A stretch of DNA of 64,000 nt from Octopus vulgaris (taxonomy: Eukaryota), in NCBI GenBank assembly GCA_951406725.2, contig OX597830.1, forward strand, positions 45,508,001 to 45,572,000. Reading direction: 5' to 3'. Both the position numbers and the translations under genes were made by a program. Position 1 is the stretch's first letter, and the number at the start of each line of letters is the position of its first letter. The notes under the pieces were generated by a model. It ran no database searches, was not told where the DNA came from, and saw only the letters and a list, made by a program, of their open reading frames with translations. Shown here one piece after another: positions 52,590-64,000 of the stretch.

Positions 52590-54700
52590 ATATAAACATC
52601 TTCCTTAAATCAAGTTGTTAGACAAACACCAAGTAATGTCTCTCCAGGTGAATGTCGACAAATATATTCTATCACACTTCTTTTAGCAATCAATACATGT
52701 ATGTTTTTTTCTTCTTCAAGTTCTTCGCAGAATTCAAAGTGATGAGCTTTGACTGGGGAAGTCTTTTTTAATTTTTTTTTTTCAAGACAGGTCCAAAGCT
52801 GTGTGGATATATTAAGGCGCGCGCGCAACACCAATGCACGCCTATAATTGTGTGTAATCTATTCATTCCAGGAAATTCGAATGGAGAATCTTTGAAATAT
52901 TTGACAAATCTTCTCTATACAAATTGATTAGATGTTGAGGCTAAATCGGGAAACAGCGGCATTCCTGGTTTTTGTGCGAGTCTATTTCAACATAACAGTT
53001 ACAAATGAAAATGTATAAAGCCTGGATGCAGGATCTGTTAGTTCCGCTATAGTTCACCTTCGATGTTCTCTATTTCCACAATTTTCGACGAGACATCTAC
53101 ATCCACTAAGCAACTGACCTGTGTAGCAGTTCTTATATGTTTACTCCAGAATGTTCCAGCAGTATTCCTTATTCCCCAAGGCTTCGATATATTCCGATTC
53201 TGATATGTTTGTTTTATGACCGTTAAGACAATCATTACTTCGGATAGTAACGTAAATATCTTTGCTAAAAATCTTATATCTCACTTGAAGATACTACCTT
53301 GCAGACAAATTTGAACCGATGCTGATGATATCTTCCACACTGTTGTGACGACAGATATAATCTGTATCTTCCCAAAAATCATCCGTCAAAACGTAAATGT
53401 TTGAAGGCATCCCTATGTATTTGCATGATTAGATATTTAGAAGCTACCTGTTGTTCTTGAATAGCAAACGACATATCCTTTTAGTTGAGATGTGATGTAT
53501 CTATAAAAGGTGCCAGAGAGGATTGCCTTCCTGCTTCTGTTGTAGGTATCTTGCTGCTTTGCTTCCAACAGAACATCTCTCTTGATGAGGAATTAATTGC
53601 TAGGAACACCTTCCAGCTCAGACCCACATTAGTCACCATATCCTTTGTTTTGTAATTTATAGTATAACATTTAAGCATGCACGGTGTTTTCAGGCACGAG
53701 TTACCGTTTAATGGACAAAAACGATAATTTGGTCAATGTATGCTTTTGTAACTTGATCGATCACTGATAATACCAAGTCAGTATATTTTCTATTGTGTGT
53801 CATAATCGTTTTGTTTTGTGAGTTTTAATGTAAATATATCTCTTTAAATGTTGTGTAAGCTATGCTGTGAGTTATTTCTATCATTCACTTATTTATGATT
53901 TGTTTGTAAGCGTGGCCGTGCAATAGTGATGATAATCCTAGTTTTGTATTATTGTTTTTAGTCGTGATTCAATTTTTTAACTATTTTTTTTTCCAATGCA
54001 GAGTCTATTGAGCTATTGATAGTGTTTATTTGCTGCGTATTTCTGCTGACTGATTTTGTTAGCTTTTCATTCCTCGGCGAACGTGACTTGTTCACACAAT
54101 TATATTTTATATACCAGCAGCTCTTCGTTCTCCCCATGTAAACAAGTGAAGGGATTTTCTTTAGAGTCTTTCTAGAATTGGTATGGGTACTGGTTCAGTT
54201 GAAAAGCCCTTTGAAATTTCTCTTGATAGTTCTCCAACCGACGATATCCGATCCTGATTTCCAGTGTTGCAATACAGTCTTCTTGACAATTTCCTTGTAG
54301 CAACTTGCAGAGATTCTTAGACAGTTCATGATGAGGTGGATGATGTCTTCCAGACTGGTGTAACACAATCGGTATTTTCTATCATAGCATGGAGGTCTAG
54401 AGGTACCCTTAATTCTCCTGTATTTTGTAGATATCACCTGTTCCGTAAATGTGTCGTGGCCCTTTCAGGCGAAAAGTGATGCATCTGTTATAGGTCCAGG
54501 AGATGCAAATATTCCTATTAATACTGACAATATTCTCTAGCTCGGGGAAACAAACCATGCATAACTTTCTGCCACCATGATGAGTGTTTCTCCCCCAAGT
54601 TTTTGTTTATGCAAATCAGTCTGGTTACCTTTGGTTCACACTGAACAGTTACACACTCAAAAACCTCCTTAAGCGATGATTATATTTGAATTTCACATTA
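52590..54700 (-). mobile_element. Old, rearranged R4-like LINE fragments
   Basis: Relics RLCYTSLEDIIHLIMNCLRIS (CCHC region), NKEYCWN..QVSCLVD (RLE) and KYIG; order is jumbled. Confidence 0.5.
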
Positions 54701-55289
54701 GAAAAATAATCTACACGGAAAACCGCAAATTAATGAGTTTTAAAAGAAAGCAATTTCATCTTATATAAAGAAATAAACATGAGATTCTTAATTTCAGAAC
54801 TGCCAATGACTATGAAAAAATATATAATTAAAGAAAATATTCTTCGTATATAACAATAAGAATGGGTTTTTTTTATGCTCGACCCCCACCACCGCCACCG
54901 TGATAACCGAATGCGATTTTATACCATTTCCAATTATAATATTTCAGTTAAGTATGAAGTTACTCTTTTACTTTTTATTTATCCGCTTCGGAAAACTCAA
55001 TACCTTGTCTATGTGTCTGAGGGTTTGCAAGATAACAAAATTCATAGTGCGGGTCATAATATAACGGCCAAATACAAGTGATTATAACTATACATATATT
55101 TGTATTTAGTGAAGGAAAATATTCAGTGATTGCAAAAGTATTTCCAGAACGAAGTATTCGATAATATGAGCGTTTTGTATCGTGGATCAAAAGCAAAAAG
55201 GTAGAAGATGGGGGTGAGAACATACGCAAAGCCACACAGCTAAGCTCATACATAATTACAGACAAATACATATATACTTACAAGCATTC

Positions 55290-55368
<79 letters not shown>

Positions 55369-55463
55369 CGTGCGCGCGCGTGTGTGTGTAAGATATGGTA
55401 TAATTATAAACAGAGTAAATTCTTGCCATAGAGGGCGTGAGAGACAGAAAGACAGACAAACAG

Positions 55464-55506
<43 letters not shown>

Positions 55507-55589
55507 CACAAAAAGACAGAAAAAAGCAGAAACAGAGACGGAATGAGAGGGAAATCAAGAAAAAGAATAAAATTACCGTGGGAAGTGAA

Positions 55590-56930
55590 AAATCTAACGT
55601 TTCGGAAAGAATCTTTCTTCAGGGAAAAATTGAAAGGAAAGAAATTAATAAGAGACAACTGAGTTTTACATTGTCTGTGTTTGAGAAACTGGCTGCAACT
55701 GATGAGGAACCGAAGACAACATGATCTTTATTTCTGGGCATGAATTAGTAGGAGAAAGAACTTGGTGAGAGAGATAAAAGAAAAGAGAAATTGGAGGAGA
55801 AGGAGGAGGAGGAGGGGAGGAGTGGAAGAGGGTGAGAGTGAGATGAAGTGAAAACTTGATGTGAGAGGGAGAGTTGAAGAATAAGAAAGGGTTTAATGAA
55901 ATAAGAGGAGGCGCAAGTGTAGAAGGAAGATATTCATTTAAACCTGTCGCTGACCTCGTGTCAAGTTCGAATATGAAACGTTGGTCCTTCTGTTTCCTTG
56001 GAGGCATGGATCCAGGGTTGAGGAAATGCCGCATACTGTTAAGTGAGTAATGGAATATCCCCCTGTGTTGAAGTGGCTGGTAACAGGTTGGCCAAGCATA
56101 CATGATAGTATAATTTGAATGTTCACCTGAAAGCGACAGGCAAGATGTTGTACTGTCTCCTTAATATAAAGAGCACAGCGAAGCTTGCGTATGATACAAT
56201 ACATAAGGTTGAAAGATATGCAGCAGACGTTCTTGGTGATGCGATTTCGTAACTTTTGATTTCGTAACGAGTGATTTCATTGTCGGTGAGCGCAATTCAA
56301 AGTGTTTGGTTGTGTTGGGCTGAGTGCAGCGAAGCTCCTTATTAGGTTTCTGAGGTAAGAAGTTGTGCGGAAAAGATTAGAGCGGTTATGAAAGTTGCCG
56401 GTGAGTTTATCCTTCAATGAAAGGACAGACAGATGAAAAGTGAGAAAGAGTGGAAACCGGTTTCTAGGAATGCGTAAAGAGGGTAGGAGAGCGGTTTGCA
56501 AAACTGAAGTCTATCTACGTTCTTGTAGCAATCCCTGCGAGAGAAAAATAATTAAGAGTTAAGACAAGCTCGGCGAACCGAAGGTGTATTGTTATGTTGG
56601 TCACAGGCAGGGATCAACATGGAAGTGTTTAAGAGCTGATAGGCCGTCATTTTGAGGGATGGATCTGTAAAATAATTAAAGTCACTGGCGAAAAGAAGTC
56701 TGGACTGTCCAAGCGGGAAGGAGAACAAGTCGAAGAGGCTTAGGGCATGGCCAGTTGGTCTTTTATGAGTGAGGATAAAGCAGCGACGAGAGGTGACTAT
56801 TTTCTCAAGGAACGCCGAGAGAAGTTCCGTGGGGTAGTTAGAGACGGAGACAAAAGGACGGCCGGCATTGTCTAGTGTGAGAATTTTGGAGACGAATTAA
56901 ATGGTGGAGGTTCAGGGTGGAGTTTCAGTG
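55590..56930 (-). mobile_element. Decayed Penelope-like element 3' part (GIY-YIG, pLTR with degenerate HHR)
   Basis: CISFNLMYCII..LYIKET..RF..PVTSHFN..FIFELDT..GLNE; HHR relic CTGAAGA..GAAACGTT on - at 55592-55626. Confidence 0.75.
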
Positions 56931-57924
56931 AGGTCTGTTGCAGAGGGGGTCACTTGTATACAATAGTAGAAATAAAAAATGCTCTTTATGTATCAATGAA
57001 ATTTTCTTCATCATCAAAGCCGGCCAACCCATTATTAACAGCATTAATGAGCAAAATTGTTTTTGCCTTCACAAATTGGCGTACACTTTCTCTAGATTTA
57101 AATAACATCTAATTCTTCTACCAGTAATCTTTTAGCATTCCTTTATATAGGACTGTACTATTGGTCCTTACAATTTATAATTTATAACTTTGTGTCTCCA
57201 TATATGTGTTCTATATTGATTGTTTCTGTCCCGGCGGAAAAATATACAAAAATATATAGTTATTCTGATATATGCATGATATTCGGAACCCCACAGAGTC
57301 TTTTATCTGTGTAGGGTGTATAAGCGGATCATATCTTAGGGCACTAATTTGAGGTTTTGCTATACCAATATGTAATATGTGAGAGTCTATAATTAGTATA
57401 AGTTGTTTATCTCGATGAGCATATAAGGTTTTTTTACGGTTGGTTTGTTGGGGGTTGTTGTATTTCTGCTGCACAAGCGTGGGCTCGGGTGGCGCTGCAC
57501 CGGAGTTTGTGCGCCCGCGCATGTGCATCAACGTGTGCACTCTCGCGCGCTGCGCTTGCGGACATTCGCGTGTACTTGTACGCGTGTTCTTGTGTGCATC
57601 TCGGTGATCGTGCGTGCGGGAGGGACGTGTGCATGTGGGCCCGGCCATGAATTCGCGTGTCCGTGCGGGGGCGTGCATGCACATGTATGTGCATGTGGGT
57701 GCATTTCGGTGTATCCACTTATATTTACTATATTAGGTTTATCTTTGTGCTCTTCTTAATTTGTATTCCATTTTATTTATCTATTTATCTATTTATCTAT
57801 ACATGGATATATATATATATATATATATATAATCAATATAGGGTGGCAAAAAAATTCAGCAGAAATTATTTGCCACCAGCGGCCTAGTGGGGAAAAAGTA
57901 AATAGTCAGAGACCATTAATAAAT

Positions 57925-58289
57925 TCAACAGCAAAATTTAGGAACGGCCATAATAGGCCGTTCAACCCACTAGAAATTACAGCCAAGGCTTCAACCGCAG
58001 ATATAGCCGAGACAGTAGTGGTGCTGCCTCGTGCAAATATCTGTCCCGTCTGGCTTACCTTACTGATGAATTTATTGGCCTATGGAAGATTAGCTTGATT
58101 TAATTTAATCAAGTTGATTTACCATTAAAAAATAGACGATACAATGCATTGTATAAGGTATTACAGGGTAAATGTTTTAAAATTTTCTCCTGGTTTACGG
58201 AATTAATATTGTTTTGCGGTTGAAGCCTTGGCTGCTATTTCTAGTGGGTTGAACGGCCTATTATGGCCGTTCCTAAATTTTGCTGTTGA
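57925..58289. repeat. 75-bp inverted repeat pair (57925-57999 and 58215-58289), MITE/foldback-like
   Basis: Arms are near-perfect reverse complements, each with an internal hairpin gaacggcc..ggccgttc; 215-bp spacer. Confidence 0.85.
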
Positions 58290-58334
<45 letters not shown>

Positions 58335-58336
58335 AT

Positions 58337-58372
<36 letters not shown>

Positions 58373-59506
58373 TTATTTATTTATTTAATTATTTTTGTTT
58401 ATTTGGCACTTACTAACTTATAATTAATTTAATTTAATTTATAATTAATGAACTTATATCTAAGTTAATAGTAACTTCTGTTTACTTTTTGTGTATGTAA
58501 ATATACGTCTTTGGATGGGCAGACATATATTTTAATTTATGATTTAGTGGATGTGGGTTGAGGTGTCGAGGTGTGTGAAAATGTGTATGTGTACGTATGT
58601 ATGTTTTTGTACGTATAGGTATGTTCGTGGGTGGATGTACGGATGTATGTTTTTCTTATACATATGAGTACGCAGGTGCGTATTTGGATATGTATATATG
58701 TATATGCAAATATTTATTCATGGGTGGATATAAGTATAGGTTTTATTTGTACGTATGAGTGCGCAGATATATATTTAAATATGTACATATGTGTGTGCTA
58801 ATGTTCCCTGATGCAGTATATGAGAGTGTATTAATATGAGTATATGCGGATGTGCGTGTGAGTGTGTGTGTTAGTGTATAGACACTGCTGCCTGTACTGA
58901 TTTGTCTATAAGCCATGCGATGACAGACATACACTCTGCAATCTAGTGAATGTGTAGGGATGTGTCATGTGTGTGTGCATGTGTGTGTGGGTTTTTATGT
59001 GGACGTGTGGGTTTAGGGTCGGATGTGGATGTGTATGTTTTTCTTGTGCGGTGTGGTGGAGGTCGGGCGGCTCTCAACGGACCAACCATGAGGAAGACAA
59101 TGATAATTTAAATTCAAATCCAATAGTGTATTTATGTCATAAGGAAAATTACTAACTGGAACCCGGACATACATATGTGCCACTTTGGATCCTAATGTAA
59201 GCGTTATTAATAATATTATGAATGGTAATAATGGTAGCATTAATGGTATTGACAACGATAATGATGCTAACTTTAATGACACTTAGGAAATTAGTAGGAA
59301 GTAATATAATGTACTATTGACTATGTATATTTGCATCTAGGTACTAATATGTGTATGTTTATTATCACAATATTAAGTTGAAAAACTGAAACATTGAATG
59401 TGAAACATATATATGTTTACTAATTTATATTATTTATTTACATTATTATGTATATGTATATTTTTATATGTATAGGAGTGTGAGTATATGCACTCATATG
59501 TATATG

Positions 59507-59631
59507 TATATCTCCGAAGAGGCCTTATGATATTTTTGTAAATGTCTCATTTATATCTATATATTGACCTACCATAAAAGGCTAATATTGGTAAAATGAG
59601 ACATACATGGCCGAAACAGCTGTAAGATGTA
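59507..59631 (+). ncRNA. Type I hammerhead, U4C variant, long stem II
   Basis: Stem I tatatct/agatgta; CCGAAGA 59514-59520; ggcc/ggcc with inner atgtctcattt/aaatgagacat; GAAA 59613-59616; CAGCTG-TA. Confidence 0.75.
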
Positions 59632-60049
59632 ATCTATACTTATAGTTATATTTACTTATATTTATATTCTCTTTTTTATATATATTCTACTTATTATACA
59701 ACATTACTCTTTTTTGTACACTTTTATGTACATTCCTTTATGTACACTGATTTGTTCTGCTTTTTTATGTTTAACCCTATATGTTTAACCTCTTATGTGG
59801 TGGTTTAATAAAGTATGTGATTGAGTATTATCTGGTAATTGATATTTGATTTAGATGTATTTCTCCATTTTCTTTTCTTGTATTAGTAATTTGTGGTAAA
59901 TCATTTTACCTTTGTCCATATAATACAGTAAATGAATTGATTGCATCGCAATCCTTAACATTTATGTATTAACTTTGTTGGGTACTTCACTAGCAGTATA
60001 TTGGATATATATTATCCCATGGAGGGTTGCATTTATAACCCCTGTCTCA

Positions 60050-60185
<136 letters not shown>

Positions 60186-60190
60186 GTATA

Positions 60191-60566
<376 letters not shown>

Positions 60567-60983
60567 AAAAATATATCTATATATATATATCTGTAACCAC
60601 GTGTTTACCTAGAAACTCGTAAGTACGTTTTTTTTTGTTTTTTACTTAACTATAAATTATTATATACCCAAATAACCACTCGTTTACTCGTTTATACACA
60701 AATAACTAAAAAATTCCCACACCCATAAGAGAGAATATATCTATATAGACACTTCTTTAATATCTTCAGATAATCAAAGCCTCACACACATAAGAAAGAA
60801 TATTTCTGAAACAAAATAAAACAAATAGAAAAAAATGATCAAAATAAAAGAAACCACGGCGACTAACCAGCAGGCTTACAACAAACGAAATTGGTCTGAT
60901 AATGAAATTGACCTCTGAATAAGCAAATGGTTTTCTCTCTCGCAAGCAGAAAACATAAACACTTCGTGTCTAAATGATATTGA

Positions 60984-61397
60984 TTTCTTTATTGCCCACA
61001 GGGGGCTAAACATAGGGGGAACAAACAAGGACAGACAAACGGATTAAGTCGATTACATCGACCTCCGTGCGTAACTGGTACTTAATTTATCGACCCCGAA
61101 ATGATGAAAGGTAAAGTCGACCTCGGCGGAATTTGAACTCAGAACGTAACGGCAGACGAAATACCTATTTCTTTACTACCCACAAGGGGCTAAACACAGA
61201 GAGGACAAACAAGGACAGACAAACGGATTAGGTCGATTTTATCGACCCCAGTGCGTAACTGGTACATATTTAATCGACCCCGAAAGGATGAAAGGCAAAG
61301 TCGACCTCAGCGGAATTTGAACTCAGAACGTAGCGGCAGACGAAATACCACTCAACATTTCGCCCGCCGTACTAACGTTTCTGCCAACTCGCCGCCT
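60984..61397 (-). mobile_element. Tandem pair of SINE family B copies
   Basis: Full copy at about 61164-61397 directly followed by a 5'-truncated copy at 60984-61165. Confidence 0.85.
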
Positions 61398-61462
61398 TTC
61401 GTGTCTAAATGAGATTGCCGAAAAAGCAGCGCACATATTCAACATGCGAACTGTTAAGCAAA

Positions 61463-61867
61463 TCTCTCTATATATAAACGGCAGTTTGTCTGTCTGTGTG
61501 GCTGTCAGGTTGTACCCTCACCCTGACTACGGCTTTCAACCGATTCTAATGAAACTTGACACACACATAGCCCAATGTCATAATTCAAAACTAACGCAGC
61601 GAAAATTTTGAAAAGCTCCCCCAGTTCTGAAAAAAATCGATAAATTCGACATGGGGTCGAGAATCTAAGCTTTTTATATGCAACACATTTTCTGTCGGGA
61701 GACAGCTAGGAACATCGTATACATAGAAGTATTCGAGTGAAGAGAAGACATTGCAACCTACACATGCGCCTTCGTTCCCTAGAGGGAAAGAACTAGATTG
61801 GGATTAGTCGTTGCCTACTGGGGGGGGGGCTCTTACATACCCGGGCAACGCCGGGCTGTGCTGCTAG
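61463..61867 (+). mobile_element. Non-autonomous Helitron retaining the last codons of RepHel
   Basis: A|TC start; ARNIVYIEVFE* (compare T.NVVY.EV at RepHel C-termini); hairpin cccgggcaacgccggg; CTAG|T end. Confidence 0.85.
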
Positions 61868-62432
61868 TACGCAATAAACTAAAACACATCGAGGTTTTTT
61901 TTTAACTAATTGAGGATCACTTTGAAATACTTCGATATATTTATTTATTTATTCTTGTCAAATAAACACACGTACTATTTTTTTTTTCTTCTCTCTTTTA
62001 TTACTGTTATTCTATTATTTTAACGCTTGTCCATCGTCCAGAAATGGAGTAAGTGGAGCAAGAAGAAACGAAAAGTGTCGCTGAAGAGGTCACAGATGTA
62101 TGACGAAAGATTTCGATATGTCTATTCTTCACATATTGGTCAAGCACAACAACAACCCCAGCAGCCAGAAAATCATGAACAGCAACAACAGAACCGCTCC
62201 TAAATTCCAGCAAAAAAGCTGATTTACTGAACAACAGTATCTCTCACACACGGCTCTCACAGCAGCCACCACAATCCACCTCCTCCTCCTCATCATCATC
62301 ATCACCCACTACCACCGCTGCCACCATCGTTTTCGACCACCTCAAATACTAAAAATAAACGACTGCTTTCTTCCCCCACATCACCACCACTTCAATCCTA
62401 CTGTGGTATAAAAAAAAAACCTAAAAACAACT

Positions 62433-62838
62433 AGGAGTGGCTGTATGGTAAGTAGCTTGCTAACCAACCACATGGGTCCGGGTTCAATCCCACTGCGTGG
62501 CATCTTGGGCAAGTGTCTTCTGCTATAGCGCCGGGCAGACCAATGCCTTGTGAGTGGATTTGGTAGACGGAAACTGAAAGATGCCTGTCGTATATATGTA
62601 TATATATATGTGTATGTGTGTGTGTTTGTGCGTCTGTGTTTGTTCCCCTAGCATTGCTTGACAACCAATGCTGGTGTGTTTACGTCCCCATCACTTAGCG
62701 GTTCGACAAAAAGAGACCGATAGAATAAGTACTGGGCTTACAAAAAGAATAAGTCCTGGGGTCGAGTTGCTCGACTAAAGGCGGTGCTCCAGCATGGCCG
62801 CAGTCAAATGACTGAAACAAGTAAAAGAGTAAAAGAGA
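62433..62838 (+). mobile_element. tRNA-derived SINE family A, full length
   Basis: Same head, body and tail as 41209-41655. Confidence 0.88.
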
Positions 62839-63119
62839 ATGAAATAGAATGTGTCACCCGTGACACTAATAAGAACCCCCCAAATATGCCGTTATTCACT
62901 ACGTCACAGGCTCTGCACAGGTATTGAGTGCATCTCCACACATCTACCTGGCGCTATACGCATAATCAAGACAAACACTACCAGCGAAGGCCAAAGCACG
63001 CACCCCATAATAACATCAACATCAACACCACCAAACAGTAAATTGAACGTTAAAACACGCATAACTCGGAATCTGTCGGTATTCCCAACGCGAAAAACTT
63101 TGTTGCGGACGAGAGTGAT

Positions 63120-63712
63120 GAGAGCCAGAAATTTGGTACTCTATCAATACCAGGGGATTTCCACTTATGAGTCTTCGTTAGGGCCCTCCTTAGGTCGGCG
63201 ATTGAGATGTCTTACCATACCTGTTCTTGTAGATTTTTGTAGGCATCTTGGGTGCGTTTGATCCACTCTGCATTTTCTTTGTTTTTTCTCCGTAAAATAA
63301 TTTGGCATTGGATTTGAACATCTTATTTTGCTTGTAGTATTTGATTCTTTTCTCAAATCTGCGTATTCTCTGAGCTTTTGCTTGAACTTTTTGTTTAAGT
63401 GTTTCTTTCCCTGACATTAGTTCTTCTCTTGTTGAGAGTCCATATTTTCTCACAACCTTCCTGTCTTTTCTTGATCTTACACCATTTCCAGAGATTAGCT
63501 CAGTTAATATTGATGTCTCCCTTCGCAATGATTCAATTTCAGTTTCAATTCTACTCCTCCAGTTTGATTTTCTTTTTGAATTTGATATTGTTGGCTTTTT
63601 GGGTGTTAAACAACGTCTTTCGATTACCTGAGCAACAGAGTAAATAATTTCATTTAACTTATTAAGATCGGGTTTTAGTTGTTGTATGATTTCTTTTGTA
63701 ACGCAGTTGCCA
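63120..63712 (-). mobile_element. R4/Dong LINE N-terminal ORF fragment next to (TAA)n
   Basis: LNEIIYSVA..WRSRIETEI..ETLKQKVQAKAQRIRRF..QNKMF..KLFY and KWKSPGIDRVPNFWL. Confidence 0.8.
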
Positions 63713-63789
<77 letters not shown>

Positions 63790-64000
63790 CATCGTTTTTT
63801 TTTACTTCTTCTTTCAAATTTGCTTCCATTTCTTGCCGAGTGTCTTCCCGACTCCTAGGGCAAAGAAACTCATAGTATACATTGGTAGGCCATTAAACTA
63901 AACTCACTAGTTCGTTCATTTTTTTTTTTTAAGTTAAATTAAAATACATGGGTAGTAACAGTTCTCACATCGACAATGCTCTTCTCCATACGTGTGATGT

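Noticed and set aside
55699-55720. Plus-strand CTGATGAggaaccGAAg
   Set aside because: Stem II is only 2 bp, there is no stem I or III, and it is antisense to the surrounding PLE.
57211-57759. GC-rich ORFs of 157, 94 and 104 aa
   Set aside because: Derived from a degenerate (GT/GC)n low-complexity tract; no domain or splice support.

Overview
AT-rich eukaryotic genomic DNA, dense in microsatellites and transposons. The repeat families and (TA)n/(TACA)n/(TAA)n load resemble an octopus (coleoid cephalopod) genome; this is inference from repeat recognition, not a database result. One host gene is supported: a minus-strand GT14 core-2/I-branching beta-1,6-N-acetylglucosaminyltransferase (GCNT1/3-like), with coding exons 13864-12775 and 9404-9133 (453 aa) and a probable upstream non-coding exon. 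The rest is mostly decayed mobile DNA: R4/Dong-type (RLE) LINEs in microsatellites, Penelope-like elements (PLEs), mariner and Tigger relics, non-autonomous Helitrons, a solo LTR nested in a LINE tail, several SINE families and a 2.2-kb 38-bp satellite. The main unannotated signal is about 15 type I hammerhead-ribozyme (HHR) motifs on both strands. Several lie in 0.3-0.6 kb back-to-back palindromes, and they include the compensatory core variants G3-C8 and U3-A8 as well as U4C. All HHR calls come from manual folding and are untested. Most ORFs in the supplied track are microsatellite artefacts.
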